Below, piece after piece: positions 26,576-39,379 of a stretch of DNA of 64,000 bases (position 1 is the first letter of the stretch; the number at the start of each line of letters is the position of its first letter). The position numbers and the translations under genes were made by a program. The notes beneath the pieces were generated by a model that did no database searches, was not told the DNA's origin, and was given only the letters and a program-made list of their open reading frames with translations. The stretch covers positions 498,731 to 562,730 of the forward strand of contig RHPI01001616.1 in assembly GCA_009103225.1 (NCBI GenBank). The letters are read 5' to 3'. This DNA is from Chlorokybus atmophyticus (taxonomy: Eukaryota; Plantae; Mesostigma and Chlorokybus algae).

Positions 26576-27675
26576 GTGTGAGCTTGGAGCTCGACTAGAC
26601 CACAAAGGTTGTGCTCTCGACCTGCAGCAGTGACAACGACAATAAGTCCAGCAGCCCAATGGCGACAAGTGCACTGCGCTCCTGGTCTCTAGGCGCCGCC
26701 CAGGACCTCCCGCAAATGCATGACAGCTCAAGCAACTCGACTGTGCAAACAAGCTACAAGACCATCCCCCGCAATCACCTACCTGCTTAGCAGGTAGGTG
26801 CTTAGCAGCTGTCCGCCCCTGTCGTCGCCGCCACTGCCGCCGCCTACGCTGACGCCAATGCCACTATCACTGCTATTCTAGCCAGAAGCTGCACTTTGTG
26901 CAGCGACTAGCAGCTAAACTTTTTTCCACTTCCCAACACACAACAGATATCGACACTGTAACATAACATCGAGTAACCTATGGTATAATAAATAAATGAT
27001 ATCGGAGGCTGTATTCGGATGTTGAGGGTCAAAGTCTGTAGGGTTTTTCCAGCTTGGCCCTGCGCCCCCCGCGTGACAGATTGGGGTTGACGGTTTGTGC
27101 GCACGCTGCCCGCGCACTTCACGTTGCATTCAGCTTAAGCTCGGACGCCTGAACCGGAACACGGTTAGTTGGCCATACATATCAAGCACTTATCACGGCA
27201 CCACGTATCACGACTTCATGACAATGCTGTGAAAGTGATTTGTTGTCGCATAGAATAAGTGGCATAGGGACCCTATGATAGGGTACTGGAACTTACCAGT
27301 GGTAAGTCTCACGTCGCTGGCTAAACAGGTTACAGTCGTGTCGGGTTAGACTTGGTCTGGTAGACGCCGTTTAGTGGAGAAACCGTCTGGTGTAACGGCA
27401 AACGGCGCGAAGGTCACCTTTGACAGTGGCGTGGACGCACGAAGCTGCACGTGTACCGTACTGATCGGCGGTGTGCAAGCTGCTGCGTGGCCTCTAGTAC
27501 GGCGCGGCTTTCTGTAGGCCCCCTACCGTAGGGGGGCCCCCTACTAGGAGCCCTACGGGGTTACATGAATTGCAACTTATTTTTGCATCAGCATTCATTA
27601 TCTTTAAAGCGGAAGTCGGTGCTACTACCGAATGATTGTTGATACAATTTCCTATTTTAATAACACCGATAATAT

Positions 27676-27818
27676 TTGTAATACTTGGAACAGGATATAT
27701 AGTATTGCGTTACATTTATTATAATCGATTATGAGTCACAATACTACGAGTATTGTGACTCATAATCGATTATAATAAATGTAACGCAATACTATATATC
27801 CTGTTCCAAGTATTACAA
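27676..27818. repeat. Perfect 70-bp inverted repeat with a 3-nt loop in an AT-rich island; candidate hairpin RNA or miRNA precursor
   Basis: Arms 27676-27745 and 27749-27818 are exact reverse complements, with loop acg. Confidence 0.92.
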
Positions 27819-28244
27819 CATTGTACATCGATGTTATGTTATTTAATCTAATTATTTATCACACATATGAATTGAAAAAGGTCAATGGGGCGGAATTGGA
27901 ATGAATAAATTGACAGGGACATATAATGTTTCCATGGTTGACAACTTTAGAAGATGTGTGCCTCGTGTGCTAACAGTTGAAATACACAGCGGTAGTAATT
28001 CAAAAAATTTTGTACAAATATTTATTTATTAAAAACTAATGTGCAACCGGTGTTTACAATGCTTTGAATCATGTATTGTTGCCGTTGAGCTTGATTGACC
28101 GCAATTGCATGACGCGTTTGCAAATTCAGGTTATAATTGTAAATCTGGTTAGTCATCAGCACCTTGTACTGCTTACTTAGCGAATGATATGGAAACTATG
28201 TATGTAAGGGACGCCGCAAATGATTACATGCTACCCATTATATC

Positions 28245-28247
<3 letters not shown>

Positions 28248-28297
<50 letters not shown>
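28248..28297. repeat. (GA)n microsatellite
   Basis: About 25 GA units. Confidence 0.95.
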
Positions 28298-28300
<3 letters not shown>

Positions 28301-29619
28301 GTGAACTTAGCCTTGTCAAACCATAAGCAAAATTGCGTATAGAGACATGTTTGAACGTGTGGGCAGGCACGGGTGTTGTGCTTGTCGCATAGCCAACAAT
28401 CATGCACCAACCGCAACATTTTGAATATACGATGTTTGCTGTGAGCTCTTGCGTTGCACAACTTTCGTACGCGCAAGTGTGCATCGTTTGTGACATCCTC
28501 TGCTCTTTAATAATGTGCATGTGATGACCCTTTGCTGTACATTCACCTTTGCTTGTGTACCGCCTGCCTGTTTGCAAGGCAAGCCCGCTTGCCCTGCTTT
28601 TACACAACCAATATAAGACCTAAAATGCATTTTAAAGTCGGAACAAGCTATCTCACTAAGCAACTATGCAAATGCACATGGTTCATATACGATTGGCTAG
28701 CAACTAGAAGTCATAAATATCGAACTTAACTCTAAGGATCTTTATGACATTGCAATGCATTCGAAGCTTCCTACTCTTCCTTGCGCATGTCGTGGTGCGT
28801 ACCAAGCTTCCCGCCATGATGTCCGCCGCATCCTGCTCCAAGCTGCCGACAATTGAGCTTCCTCTTCCGCCTGCCACGTTGTGCAGACCAATGCAGTTTT
28901 TCGAGGTCAACTATTGCAATCGATACGCTCAATGAATGTGCACTGACTGTAAGTCACAATTAACCGACGTCATTCGCTTGTGGAGGTTCCTTCAAGCTCG
29001 CGTGAATTTCAAACAGTAACAAATGGTTCATTATCGGAGTGCCACGAACGTCTTTGTGAAGATTCTACTGTCGCTACACACTATGCAATAATTATATGAA
29101 ATGTTCAACGGCCACTGATATGCGTTCTAATGATGATACAATAGAGCATAGCTACGCGGGGTTTTTAGTAGAGGACATACCATAACTTTTCTGCCGGCGC
29201 AAAATATAAAGAATTTGAGGCACTACGGTAGTACTGCACGCAACTGCAGCCTATCACCAGAACAACTACGCATGGCTACGCGCTGGTGTGTGGTAGCAAG
29301 CAACCAGCACTGGATGACCAGCTTACAAGTGTATATAACACACAAGAGCTGCGTATAGCAAGCTCCGAAGCATATATCCAAAGGAAAGGTACCCGTTCAA
29401 GCAGCAAGGACACAAGCAATCAAGTGGGGGATATAATGTAATTGCCCACCAATTACTCATTGCAAGTTTATACCTTGGGCATGTGTGCACACGCGACATC
29501 TCCACGCAACATTACAACACAACCTGGGGACACCTTGAGACATAACAACTAGCGGACAGACGATACAATGCTCAACTCTGTACACACACGCACACGCACC
29601 CCCAAACTTGCCTACATCG

Positions 29620-32558
29620 TTAATTCCACCGGTGAAACTGCGCATCGAATGGCCTATCCTTAACCCTGCACGACGCCACTTCGGGCGGCCCTTTCGGCCT
29701 TGTCTTTGGTATTATGAATGTGGACTCCCTCTTGAACGATCTTCCGACAGCGAGTGTTGAAAACTCCGACGGCGAGACAACGTAATAGTCGCACGCGCCC
29801 AACGCGTGCCACTCGGCAAACGTGTCGCGGAGGGAGGAGGCGGGAGAGCGAGAAGAGGAGGAGAAGTGGGAGTGGGAGATGTGGGAGGGAGGGGAGTCGA
29901 ACAAGAGGACCTGGAGTTGAGAGAGAGTGTGTGTGTGTGTGTGCGTGTTTGTGCGTGTGCAGCTTGTCAATGTAGAGTGCTTGCTTGACCGAGCGTACGC
30001 GCGTGTGCGAGTGCGTGCTTGTGCAAGCATGTGCGCATGTGCGCATGTGTGTGCGTGTATGTGCATGTGTGTGTGTATACGCATGCGTATGTGCTACTTC
30101 TCGATATGGTGTGTGTGCGTATGTGTGTGCGCGTGCGTGAGTGTGACCTATGACTCAGCTCCATTGACCACACCTCTCCCTCACCTTATCCCCGTACACA
30201 CGTCGCACATCCTCTCGCAGCGCATTCGAGTCCGACGCGAAGAACCACACCACTTTGGCCTCCCCGTCCTCGTTTCGATCCCGCTCCACATCCTCGGCGC
30301 ACGAGAAGAACGCGTGGAAGAGGTCCGCAGTTAGGTTGTAGCGAGGGACGGCGCTGGGGTCGCCCTCAAACACGTCGTCACCAACGTGGGCGTACTCAAT
30401 CGTGCGGACGTGGATGCCGATGCTCAACACCTGGGGAGGGTGCGTGGGAGGGTGAGAGGGTGAAACTGTGAGTTGGTACACTTGTACATGTGCATCTATG
30501 CGTGTGCGTGCACGCACATGTGTGTGTGCGCACGTACGCACACACATATGTGCGCTTGCACCAGTAAGCGTGCCAGTGAGTGTGCGCTGCGCGAGTGTGG
30601 GCTGGTGCACGAGTGTGTGCATGTGTGTCTGTGTGCGTGCTTTCTACAAGCAGACAAAAACACATGTTGGTCTGCGTGCGTGCATCCTTCTTGATACTAT
30701 GGTGCATAAGGCTAGACAAGACGTGTGCTAATGTACACGAGTGATGATGATGTTGTAAAACACTTACATTGGGGTCCGTGAGGATGTTTGTGTACCTATC
30801 CACGCGGCTCCGCACGGCTGCGCCCGGAGCAAACACAAAGTTCAGCCCACAGGAGAAGGCCGTCTCCCTCACCCATCCCAACTCCTTCACACTGCAATGA
30901 AAAGCGCATGTCATTGTTGGCATGCAAATGCACACGCGCGTGTGCATTCGCATGTATGCGCAGTTGCACGTATGTGTGCAGACACGTGCATGCGACCATG
31001 TGTGTGTGCCCTGCGAGTGCGTGACTGTATGCGCGCATGACTGTGCGTGCGTGCGTGCGTATGTGCACAATTGCCAGTGTGCGCACTTGAATATGTGCAT
31101 GTACACGCGCATGCGTGCTTTTGCACAAACACAACTTTGGCCAAAAGCCTCTGGCTTTGACACAACACGCACACATTCTCACCGCTGCGGAAACAGCCCA
31201 AACAGCGCCCAATCCAGTCCTCGATTGCTTCGTATAAACTCCCTGTCGTGCGGCAAGGCGCCATCGGTCCCGCTCTCTTTCAACTTTCCAACAAACCACT
31301 CCACGCCGTTGGTCCAATCCGTCACGCCATAGTGTTGGTCACCCTCCTCTAAGCGGCGCACTTTGCCGTCGTGGTGGAGGCGGGAGTAGAGGAGTTGTGG
31401 CAATGTGGCGTTGTGTCGGTGTAGAGAGGGTGTGAAGCGGGTGTCGAGGTAAGGGGAGGAGAAGGCGGGCTCGTGGTCGGGCCAGTAGATCTCAAAGCGC
31501 CTGCGTGTTGATGTTGTTGTTGTTGTTGCGCATACACCGCGTTGGTGCAGTGCAGTACTGCACCAATACACGCCCATTGCAGCAAAACATACAAAAAGCA
31601 CAGAGACACATGCACACATACGCAAACATACACATAAATACCAACACTCCATGAAACAAACCCACTCACGTGCGAGTTTGTGCAAAGACACGCACACGCG
31701 CCCGCACACCAACACGAACTGCAGCACATACCCTTCACACACACACCCAATCCCCATCCCAAGCTCACACATTCCACATCCCATCATTCCCACCCCCCTC
31801 TCTCTCTCTCTCCCCACCTTCTTGCCAGTACCGCGATCAAGAACGCGGTGTTGACTCCCGCGAACACGTCGCCCAGTCCGCGGTGCGGCGGGCCCAAGTA
31901 GGTGACGGTCTTTGTTGGTCGGGTGGGTGAGGAGGAGGAGTGGAGGGCGTGATGGTAGGATGCGAGCCAGGAGCCGCAGAGGGCGTCGGACCACTCTTCG
32001 GGGACTGAGTGGGTGAGTATGTGTGAGTGGGGTGTGTGTGGTGGGTGGGTGGGGGCACCCGCTTAGCACATGCTCGCACCCACACTGTGCGTGTGCTTAC
32101 ATGCGAGTGTGTATGCATGCGAGTGCATGTGTGCAAGTACACTGCTATTTATGCGTGACTGCGAGTCTGAGTCAGTCAGTCTAAGTGAGCAAGAGTGAAT
32201 GCCTGAGTGAATGAGCGAGCGAGAGTGAGTATGTTTTACATACCTGTTGTTGTGTGAAATCGAGCAAAGGTTCAAACAGGCATAGATTATCAATCTGGTA
32301 ATGAAGCCACAATGCAAGTTATGATGGGTATGGTGCGTGTCACGTTAGCGGTACATGTGTGAATTGCTATGTTGTGACTCAAGAGAGGAAATCACTTGCA
32401 TGCTTACGCGAGCCGTCTTTTGGCGCCCAAACCACAGCGCCGCCTCCCTTCGCCGCTACATTCGGTACCTCAACAATAACAACGGCCCTCACACCTCCCA
32501 ACAACAACAAGCACGATAACAACAATACCTTCACCGCCGCCGCCGCCGCCGCCTGCAT
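29620..32558 (-). CDS. Fucosyltransferase-superfamily glycosyltransferase (GT11/GT23/GT37/O-FucT-like), 6 exons, signal peptide or anchor; apparently intact
   Basis: MQAAAAAAVKVLLLSCLLLLGG start, GLGDVFAGVNTAFLIAVLARR, motif I IGIHVRT, motif II VVWFFASDS and motif III EWHALGACDYYVVSPSEFS. All junctions are GT-AG and in frame. Confidence 0.8.
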
Positions 32559-32717
32559 GCTGGCATCATGCCACTACAATGCTCAACCCGCTTCTTGTTG
32601 TTGTGTTTGGTGCAGTTGTTGTGGTTATGGTTGTGGTTATTGTTAAAGCTGGCGAGGGCTTTGGTGGGGAACAGTTTGTCGTCGCCGGCATCTTCCTCGT
32701 GCTCGTCTGTCTTGGGT

Positions 32718-32884
32718 ATGGACGTGAACGACAACAAGCCCAACCATTACCACCATAACATCAGCAATAAGAGTAGTGACAATAATGGGTTTGACCTGCC
32801 TGCCTTGAGTGGAGAACTACAGGCCAGCGAAGATTTAGATTAAGATTAAGATTAAGGGTATTGCTGGCTGCCGCACGCCTGCAG
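32718..32884 (+). pseudogene. RFC2 exon-1 pseudogene fragment
   Basis: MDVNDNK...NNGFDLP, then a 4-bp duplication (ctgcctgcc) and a TGG>TGA change relative to [14 protein letters not shown] of the intact RFC2. Ends at a homologous RLQ|GT donor. Confidence 0.85.
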
Positions 32885-33795
32885 GTGCGAGAGTGCGTGT
32901 GCATGTTTGTGTAGTTTACTGGGTGTGTTGTGGTGTAGAAAATATGCAATGCTGTGCATGTGACTCACCATTGCACGGCCCATGCAACATACGCAAGCAC
33001 AAGCACAGTCCAACATGGCAGCAACTTATGTCGCCACCGGGCTGCCTATACAACCTAAGTAGCTAGCCTCGCTATTGCCCTTGCCCCATTAGTCAACATG
33101 CATGCATCATCACCTAGTCACAACTCTGATGTGCTCGGGCGAGGCGCGCTCTGGTATCGGTGTGCTGTGCGACATGGCCGCTGCGGTGTGTGCGGTGCGT
33201 AGCTAGCTGAGCGCGTAGGTCAGAGAATGTATACGTATTACTTATGATTGCTATGTAAGCATGTCAATATATATGTTTATATGTGTTGGAGCTTTTTGTT
33301 GCGGTATGTTCAGGGTAGTGCACGTGCGTGCGAATTTATATATCTGTCTTTAGTATTAAGAATGCAATGCAGCGTTGAAGCATGCCCATGTGCGCAATGC
33401 ACGTGCATCTGTGCATGCATAATCACTCGCATGCATGCGCGCGCATGCCCCCGACATCCTGTACACATGCAGCTGTTGTGGACTTTTGGTGCACACGGTT
33501 CAGCTAGCGCTGCCCGTATTGCGGCTGCCTTGCAACATACTATATACATTGCGAATGCGGTCTGCACTACACTCACATCAGGGAGCCGTAGTGAGCAAGC
33601 ACATGCTAGCAAACACTGCTATCAGAACAGGGGCACTGGCACCGGAACATATCGCACAGGAGGAATTGAAATTGCACTGAGCTGCACGCACAATAATGCC
33701 GCATTACCACCTAACTACAAAAAGGGGCCAACAATGCCTATGACACGGCGACATTCTTGACTTGCTAAGCACAACGCGACAACAATCAGAACTTT

Positions 33796-36700
33796 CTAAA
33801 ACCTTTCTCCAAATCGTAAATGGACCGCACCCTCTCCAGAGTTGTTGTCAACAATGTACTCGGCGCGGATGGCGCCGCCCAGCTTCACGCCTGCTCCCCA
33901 AGATGAACCCTTGCCGGGCCGCCTGAAGAATGTTGTGGGGTTGCCTCTCACCTCCTCGGAGCTCCCGAGATCCGTCGCATGCTCGTAGAATGCATACCCG
34001 TATGTGTTCATGCGTGGGATGGGTGCTCGAAGCTCCACTGCGGCCTGTTGAAAAGCAGTCATAGCCAACATGTTGAATACTCTACCAATACTTGTTGCGC
34101 TTGTGGCAACAACCACACATGCGCACGCAGGCGCACATGCACAATCACTCACGCGCGCGCACACCCATGGACGCGAACGCACGCACCCACATGCACGCTC
34201 GCATGTATGCACACAATCAACTGACCTCAAGGAATTGTCGGCAGACAGCAATTTCTCCAACATTGTAGCCGCGCACAGAGTAGGGCCCGCCCAGTGTAAA
34301 GGCGTCATAGCTGGCGAGGTCACCGAAGGTGCGGCCGTGGCGGCCGAACAGCACGAGCACAACCGGCGGGCTGCTTGAGTTGCGCTTGGGCTCGGTAAGC
34401 TTCAGGAACTTGGTCAGCGTGACAACGTATCGGTTGAAGAACGGCCTGCCGGTGCCTATTGACAGCCCCTGCTCAACCTGCACACGACATATACTGATTC
34501 AAACAACATACTCTGTATGACGCATACAATGATGTACTGCATATCAAGCACTCACTTGCAATATGTCGCGTGAGCCAACTGGTGAGCCGTTCTCAAAAAC
34601 TGTGTTGTCCCGAGTGAGATTTCCTTGCAAGAAGACTGTCTTGTCCGAGCCGGTGTCTGAGAGCGTGGTGGGCGGCCCGTTGGCCGCGAGCTGGCCCGTG
34701 GCTGTCGGGCGTGTGCCTTGCACACAGATCTGTCCGCTCTCGTCCCGCGTGGTGATCTCCTCAAGGACAATAGCTGCGCTGCCTTTGCTTTGCCTAGTGT
34801 AGTGCTGCGCACATCACAACATATTGGTGTGTGTGTGTCGCGCTCGAATTCAACCCCTGATGACCTTTCCTTACAACATACCTGTGTGAGTTGACCCTTC
34901 ACGCCCACGCGGTCAACCCAAACAGATGGGACGTCTTCAACGCCCGGGCCGCCAATGAAAACGGGGCTAAGCTTTCTGCTATTGAATGCGCTCACGCGCA
35001 GAGCGGTGCGGTCCTCGTCCCCGCTCCCCCTCAGGTAAGGGTGCGCGTAGTCCACTTTGAAGCCCAAATCGTCCTGTCAGTGAATTGCCACTCAGCAAAA
35101 CAAAAACACCAAACACAAACCCACCATATCAGAACGTATCGCTACCATATCAGGCATGCCAGACCTTTGTCATATATCCGTGCATGAGGAGTCTATATTA
35201 CTACATAAGATCTGCTGCTCGCATGGCTTCACGTAGCACACATGCCATGTATACTTTGCACTTACGTTGGGGTTGAGGAAGTTGGAGGTTGTGATGGAGC
35301 CATACAGTTGCCGTCCTTCTCCCTTGAGGTTGCGATGCTCAACAAATATGGTACCGCCCGGGACAGCCGTAGCAAACTCCGGCCAACCTTTCGCGTTGGG
35401 CTGCAGCGGCCACTCATTGTCCCACTCAACGGTCTTCATTGGCCTCTCCTTCAGCATGATGTCAACTGCCACTTTGGTGGGGTCGTCGTTATCCGGGCGA
35501 GGCACAACCTGCAATAGTGGGTCTCACGCGCCATGCAACAATAACATGTGTGCATGATCTCGTGTACAGCTGCTTATGCTTATGCTTATACCACTTACCT
35601 GCACGTTGTCAAAAAGCTGCAGTAGGAAAATGTCACGCAGAGCCTTCTTGCCATCCTCAATGTTGTACAGCTGCCCAATCTGCACAAGAAAGCCACATCC
35701 CCGCCATCTAGTTGGTCACGCAATGTATACACTTGCATGACACAACATGCCTGATCCAAGCATTGCAAGTTCCTAGTGACAACGACAGTCTGTATCGTCA
35801 TGAAATCAACTTGTTGGCAATGCCACTAGTCAATGACATAACAACGTGCACGTGTGGCTGGAAACCGCTCAATGCAATGTACACACCCTGAAAGGAAGCT
35901 CGCGGCGGATGACGTGCGATTTGGTCTGCCCCGTCGGCGATGTCCTTCCTGCGTTGTCTATGAACAGGAGGTCCACCTTGCTGATCTCGCCCTCCGTGAT
36001 CTGAGCCGTGACCTTGCCGGTCTCCATGCCATCAAAACTGGAGACAGTACCGAACACATACCCGCGATCTTGATACCACTCCTCAATCATTGTCTTGGCC
36101 TGCAATGCATGAGGTTGTGTGATGTGCGACGTGTACAACATACCAACCACCGTGCAACAACGCAACGCAGCATGATACAATCAACTCCGTCATGGATATG
36201 CGTCTGGCTCACCTGTGCAAGGACACGGACTGTTGTCCATTTGGACTTCTTTGCCTCCCTCAGCACGGCGTCGCAGACAGATTGCGGCAGCTTTGTTGAT
36301 CCGGCCACTTGGAACGACTTCATGCCTGTCCAGACCTTCTCTCGAAAACTGAAGATCACTACGTAGCCGGTTCCCGTCGGCTCCACATCAACATCCACCT
36401 GATGTTGATGATGATGATGAGTGCATTGCTTGAATGGATGCATGCAATAAGTGGCCACTGAGTGCTTGTAAATCTACCTTTTGGAACAGTCCTGTGGAGA
36501 GGAGGGTGTTGAGGTCTGAGTTGACATCCGCACGCGTGCATATCTTTCCCGGCTGGCATTGCAGCTGCTCAAACAACTCCTCTTGCGTGGGCACACCCGG
36601 CCCGGTGATGAGGTTCTTCGCGCGGACTTCCTCACACAGAAAGGACTCGCCAACAGCCTCCCCCTCATTTGTCATCGCCAACGCAGCACCGGCCCCGTCA

Positions 36701-37607
36701 AAATTGAACCCGCCCCGTCCCCCGCCGCCACCGCCACCGCCGCCCAAAAACCCACCAAACCTACACGCAAAGGGAGTAAGAATACCAGTATTTGTGACGC
36801 TGCACGCACACACGCACGCCCTCGCCCTTCGCCGTCATCTACATGCACACATGGACGTACACACACACCTGCACACATGAATGCACGCATGCCCGCGTCC
36901 ACGCGTGTGGGCGCGCATATACACAGAGCACGTCCAGCATGGTTACATACAACTGCAACGAAGAACAGAAGCACTTGATCTGCTATGACACTCACCCTCC
37001 GCCACCTCCAATGAATGCGATGGTGCGCAGCAACCGGCCAGCATTGCCAAGAGTGATGCCAGCGGCAACTAAGGCAATCTTTCGAAGGACTCTGCCAAGA
37101 GGGATGTGGCCTGCACTTCGCTGATGACTGCTGCTGTTTGATGATGTTGATGCAACTGTGCACAGCATGGCTGCAACTTGATGTGGTCCATAGCTTGGTG
37201 GTCTGTAAAGGTGCAATTGCAAGTGCAGCTGCTGCTTTTGCGCACAAGCTGCTTCACCCAGAAGACCCGTTTGCCTGCCTTGCCTGCTTGTCAAATCAGA
37301 AATCAACCAAGTGTTTACTTCAGCAAAACAAATAACTACATGCAAACGGAAAACAAACATCGACGCAAAGCTAAGGCATTTTCTCTGCATGCATGTCACA
37401 CGCAAAGATAGCTGCATTGTATGAAAAGACAGCACTTGCAGCTACAGCTGTAGCTATGGCTTACCATTGAGCAAGCGAGCGAGAGGTGTGGACAGGGGAG
37501 AAGCTCCTCTTTGTGCAGGACGACGATGACGCCGCCTGTGCCTCCGCCTCTGTGTGCGGCGACCCCAGCCCGGCGGCGGCCGGCAGGGGCAGGAGCGCCG
37601 ACGCCAT
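33796..37607 (-). CDS. TOC75: Chloroplast outer-envelope protein import channel Toc75 (Omp85/BamA family), multi-exon
   Basis: Transit-peptide-like N-terminus with a poly-Gly stretch, POTRA region (ELFEQLQCQPGK...LLSTGLFQKVD), HYTRQSK..LEEITTRDES, LGGPYSVRGY and C-terminal DLGSSEEVRGNPT...RFGERF. The first two exon boundaries are less certain. Confidence 0.93.
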
Positions 37608-37912
37608 TGGCCCCAGCTGACAAGATGCTAAGCACAGAAGACGGTTGTTGGTTCAGAGTTTTCAGACAACCTCTCCGCCACGTCTTCCACTACCACCTCC
37701 TCCACCTCCACCTCCGCCGCCACCTCCGCCACCGCCACCGTGGCGGCTAAATCCACGGAGAGATGCGCTATCCCACCAATTTGCTGGACTCCTCGTTCAA
37801 ACCAAAACTGGGGGCAAAACCGCCAAAAATCAATACAAAACCATGCATACTTTCCGGATAACCCGCAAACTGGCTGATTCATGATTCAAGGACTGGTGGT
37901 TTTCGATGTTTG

Positions 37913-37929
37913 AAACCCTAACCCTAAAC
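37913..37929. promoter_or_regulatory. Telo-box (AAACCCTAA) in the 436-bp divergent TOC75/eIF4E intergenic region
   Basis: aaaccctaaccctaaac lies about 115 bp upstream of the eIF4E ATG. Telo-boxes are known in plant translation-machinery promoters. Confidence 0.65.
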
Positions 37930-38043
37930 GGCACTCCTTAGCGGCGGCGGCAGGGGCGGCGGCGGCGAGGGCGGCGAGGAGGGCGAGCAGGAGGGTGAGG
38001 GTCGTGGTCTGCGTGAGTGGGAAACCCGGGATCAGGAGATAAG

Positions 38044-39379
38044 ATGGCGGGAGAGGGGCAGGCCGAGGCTGCCGAGAAGATCGTTGCTGCGGAGGAGGAG
38101 AAGGCGCAGCAGCCGACGCTTGAGAAGGAGGACGGGGAGGTGTTGGACGAGGAGGCGCAGCAGCAGCAGCCAGGGGGCGAGGATGAGGAGGGCGCCGCCC
38201 AGCCCGGCGATTCGCAGGAAGCCCCCGCCAAACACCCCCTGGAGTGCAGGTGGACCCTATGGGTCAACATGCCCGCTGGCAGGAAAGACAAGGCCACGTA
38301 TGGAGGCAACCTCAAAGCTGTCTACACGTTTGGGACCGTTGAAGATTTCTGGTGGTAAGCTTTGGAGCTTTCAAACGTTATTGTGCAGTTGCATTGGGTT
38401 CTTGTACCAGCATTGTGCGTGTGTCAGTGCAGCATGTACCGTGATCTCCGGAGCTTATAATGTTAATTGTTGTCAGCTGCATTGTTGCAAGCTGGTCAGG
38501 TTGTTGATATGTTTTGCTGTTTGGTAGAACTGCTATCTCAACAGTTGTGTGCATGCAGCATGTACAATAATGTGGTGCCTCCGAGCCGGCTGCCAACCGG
38601 CGCCGGGTTCAGTTTGTTCAAAGAAGGGATCCAACCAAAGTGGGAGGACAAGAAGTGCGAGCAGGGTGGCACGTGGACCGCGCAGATGGGGCGAGATAAG
38701 GGCGCGCTCGATGCTTCATGGCTCAACTTTGTGAGTAGTGTTGCATGTATGTGTCACAGGTGGCATGCGTGTGTCGTACACACTTTGATATGTGCATACA
38801 TCATGCATGCATTGCCCCTGTTACATCAATTGTATACAAGATGCAAGCACACACCCATTATGTTATTCATTTGTTGGATCAAGCGTATCTGTTTGTTTGT
38901 TGAGTTGTCTGTACACTGTCGTTTTTCTCACTCTTTAACTACTTCATTGTTGTCTTGAAGGTGCTTGCGATGGTTGGGGAACAGTTTGCTGATGGGGAGG
39001 AGGTCTGCGGCGGTGTTGTCAGTGTGCGCGCGAGGCAAGACAGGATAGAGTTCTGGACGAAGACCGCTTCTAATGAAGCCATGCAGGTTAGATCGTCACT
39101 CATCTCCCTGTACAGCTGCACATGTGCATCTTCTCTTGCTGCTTGCCAACAATGCACCTGTTGGCCAACAGTTGAAGCTCGGGTCGCAACTGAAGGAGTT
39201 CATGGGCTTGGATCACTCTTCAAGAATGGGTTACACAGTTCACGTAAGTTTGTGGTTCAGCTCGGTTATCTGGGGTATCCACATTACATGTAACCAAGGA
39301 TCATCACTGATACCTGCGGTGTGTGTTGCAGCAAGATGCTATGCACGATAGCAGGGCAAAGGACCGGTACATGCTTTAG
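38044..39379 (+). CDS. eIF4E: Cap-binding translation initiation factor eIF4E, 5 exons (38044-38354, 38559-38730, 38961-39086, 39172-39243, 39332-39379)
   Basis: [36 protein letters not shown] and RAKDRY, with the plant-type 5-exon layout. Confidence 0.95.

Noticed and set aside
28740-28900. Myb/SANT-like TWQAEEEAQLSAAW on the minus strand (Harbinger ORF1-like)
   Set aside because: Too short, with no transposase or further motif.
25122-32558. APS kinase plus fucosyltransferase as a sulfated-fucan gene cluster
   Set aside because: No sulfotransferase or nucleotide-sugar genes nearby, so the proximity is probably chance.
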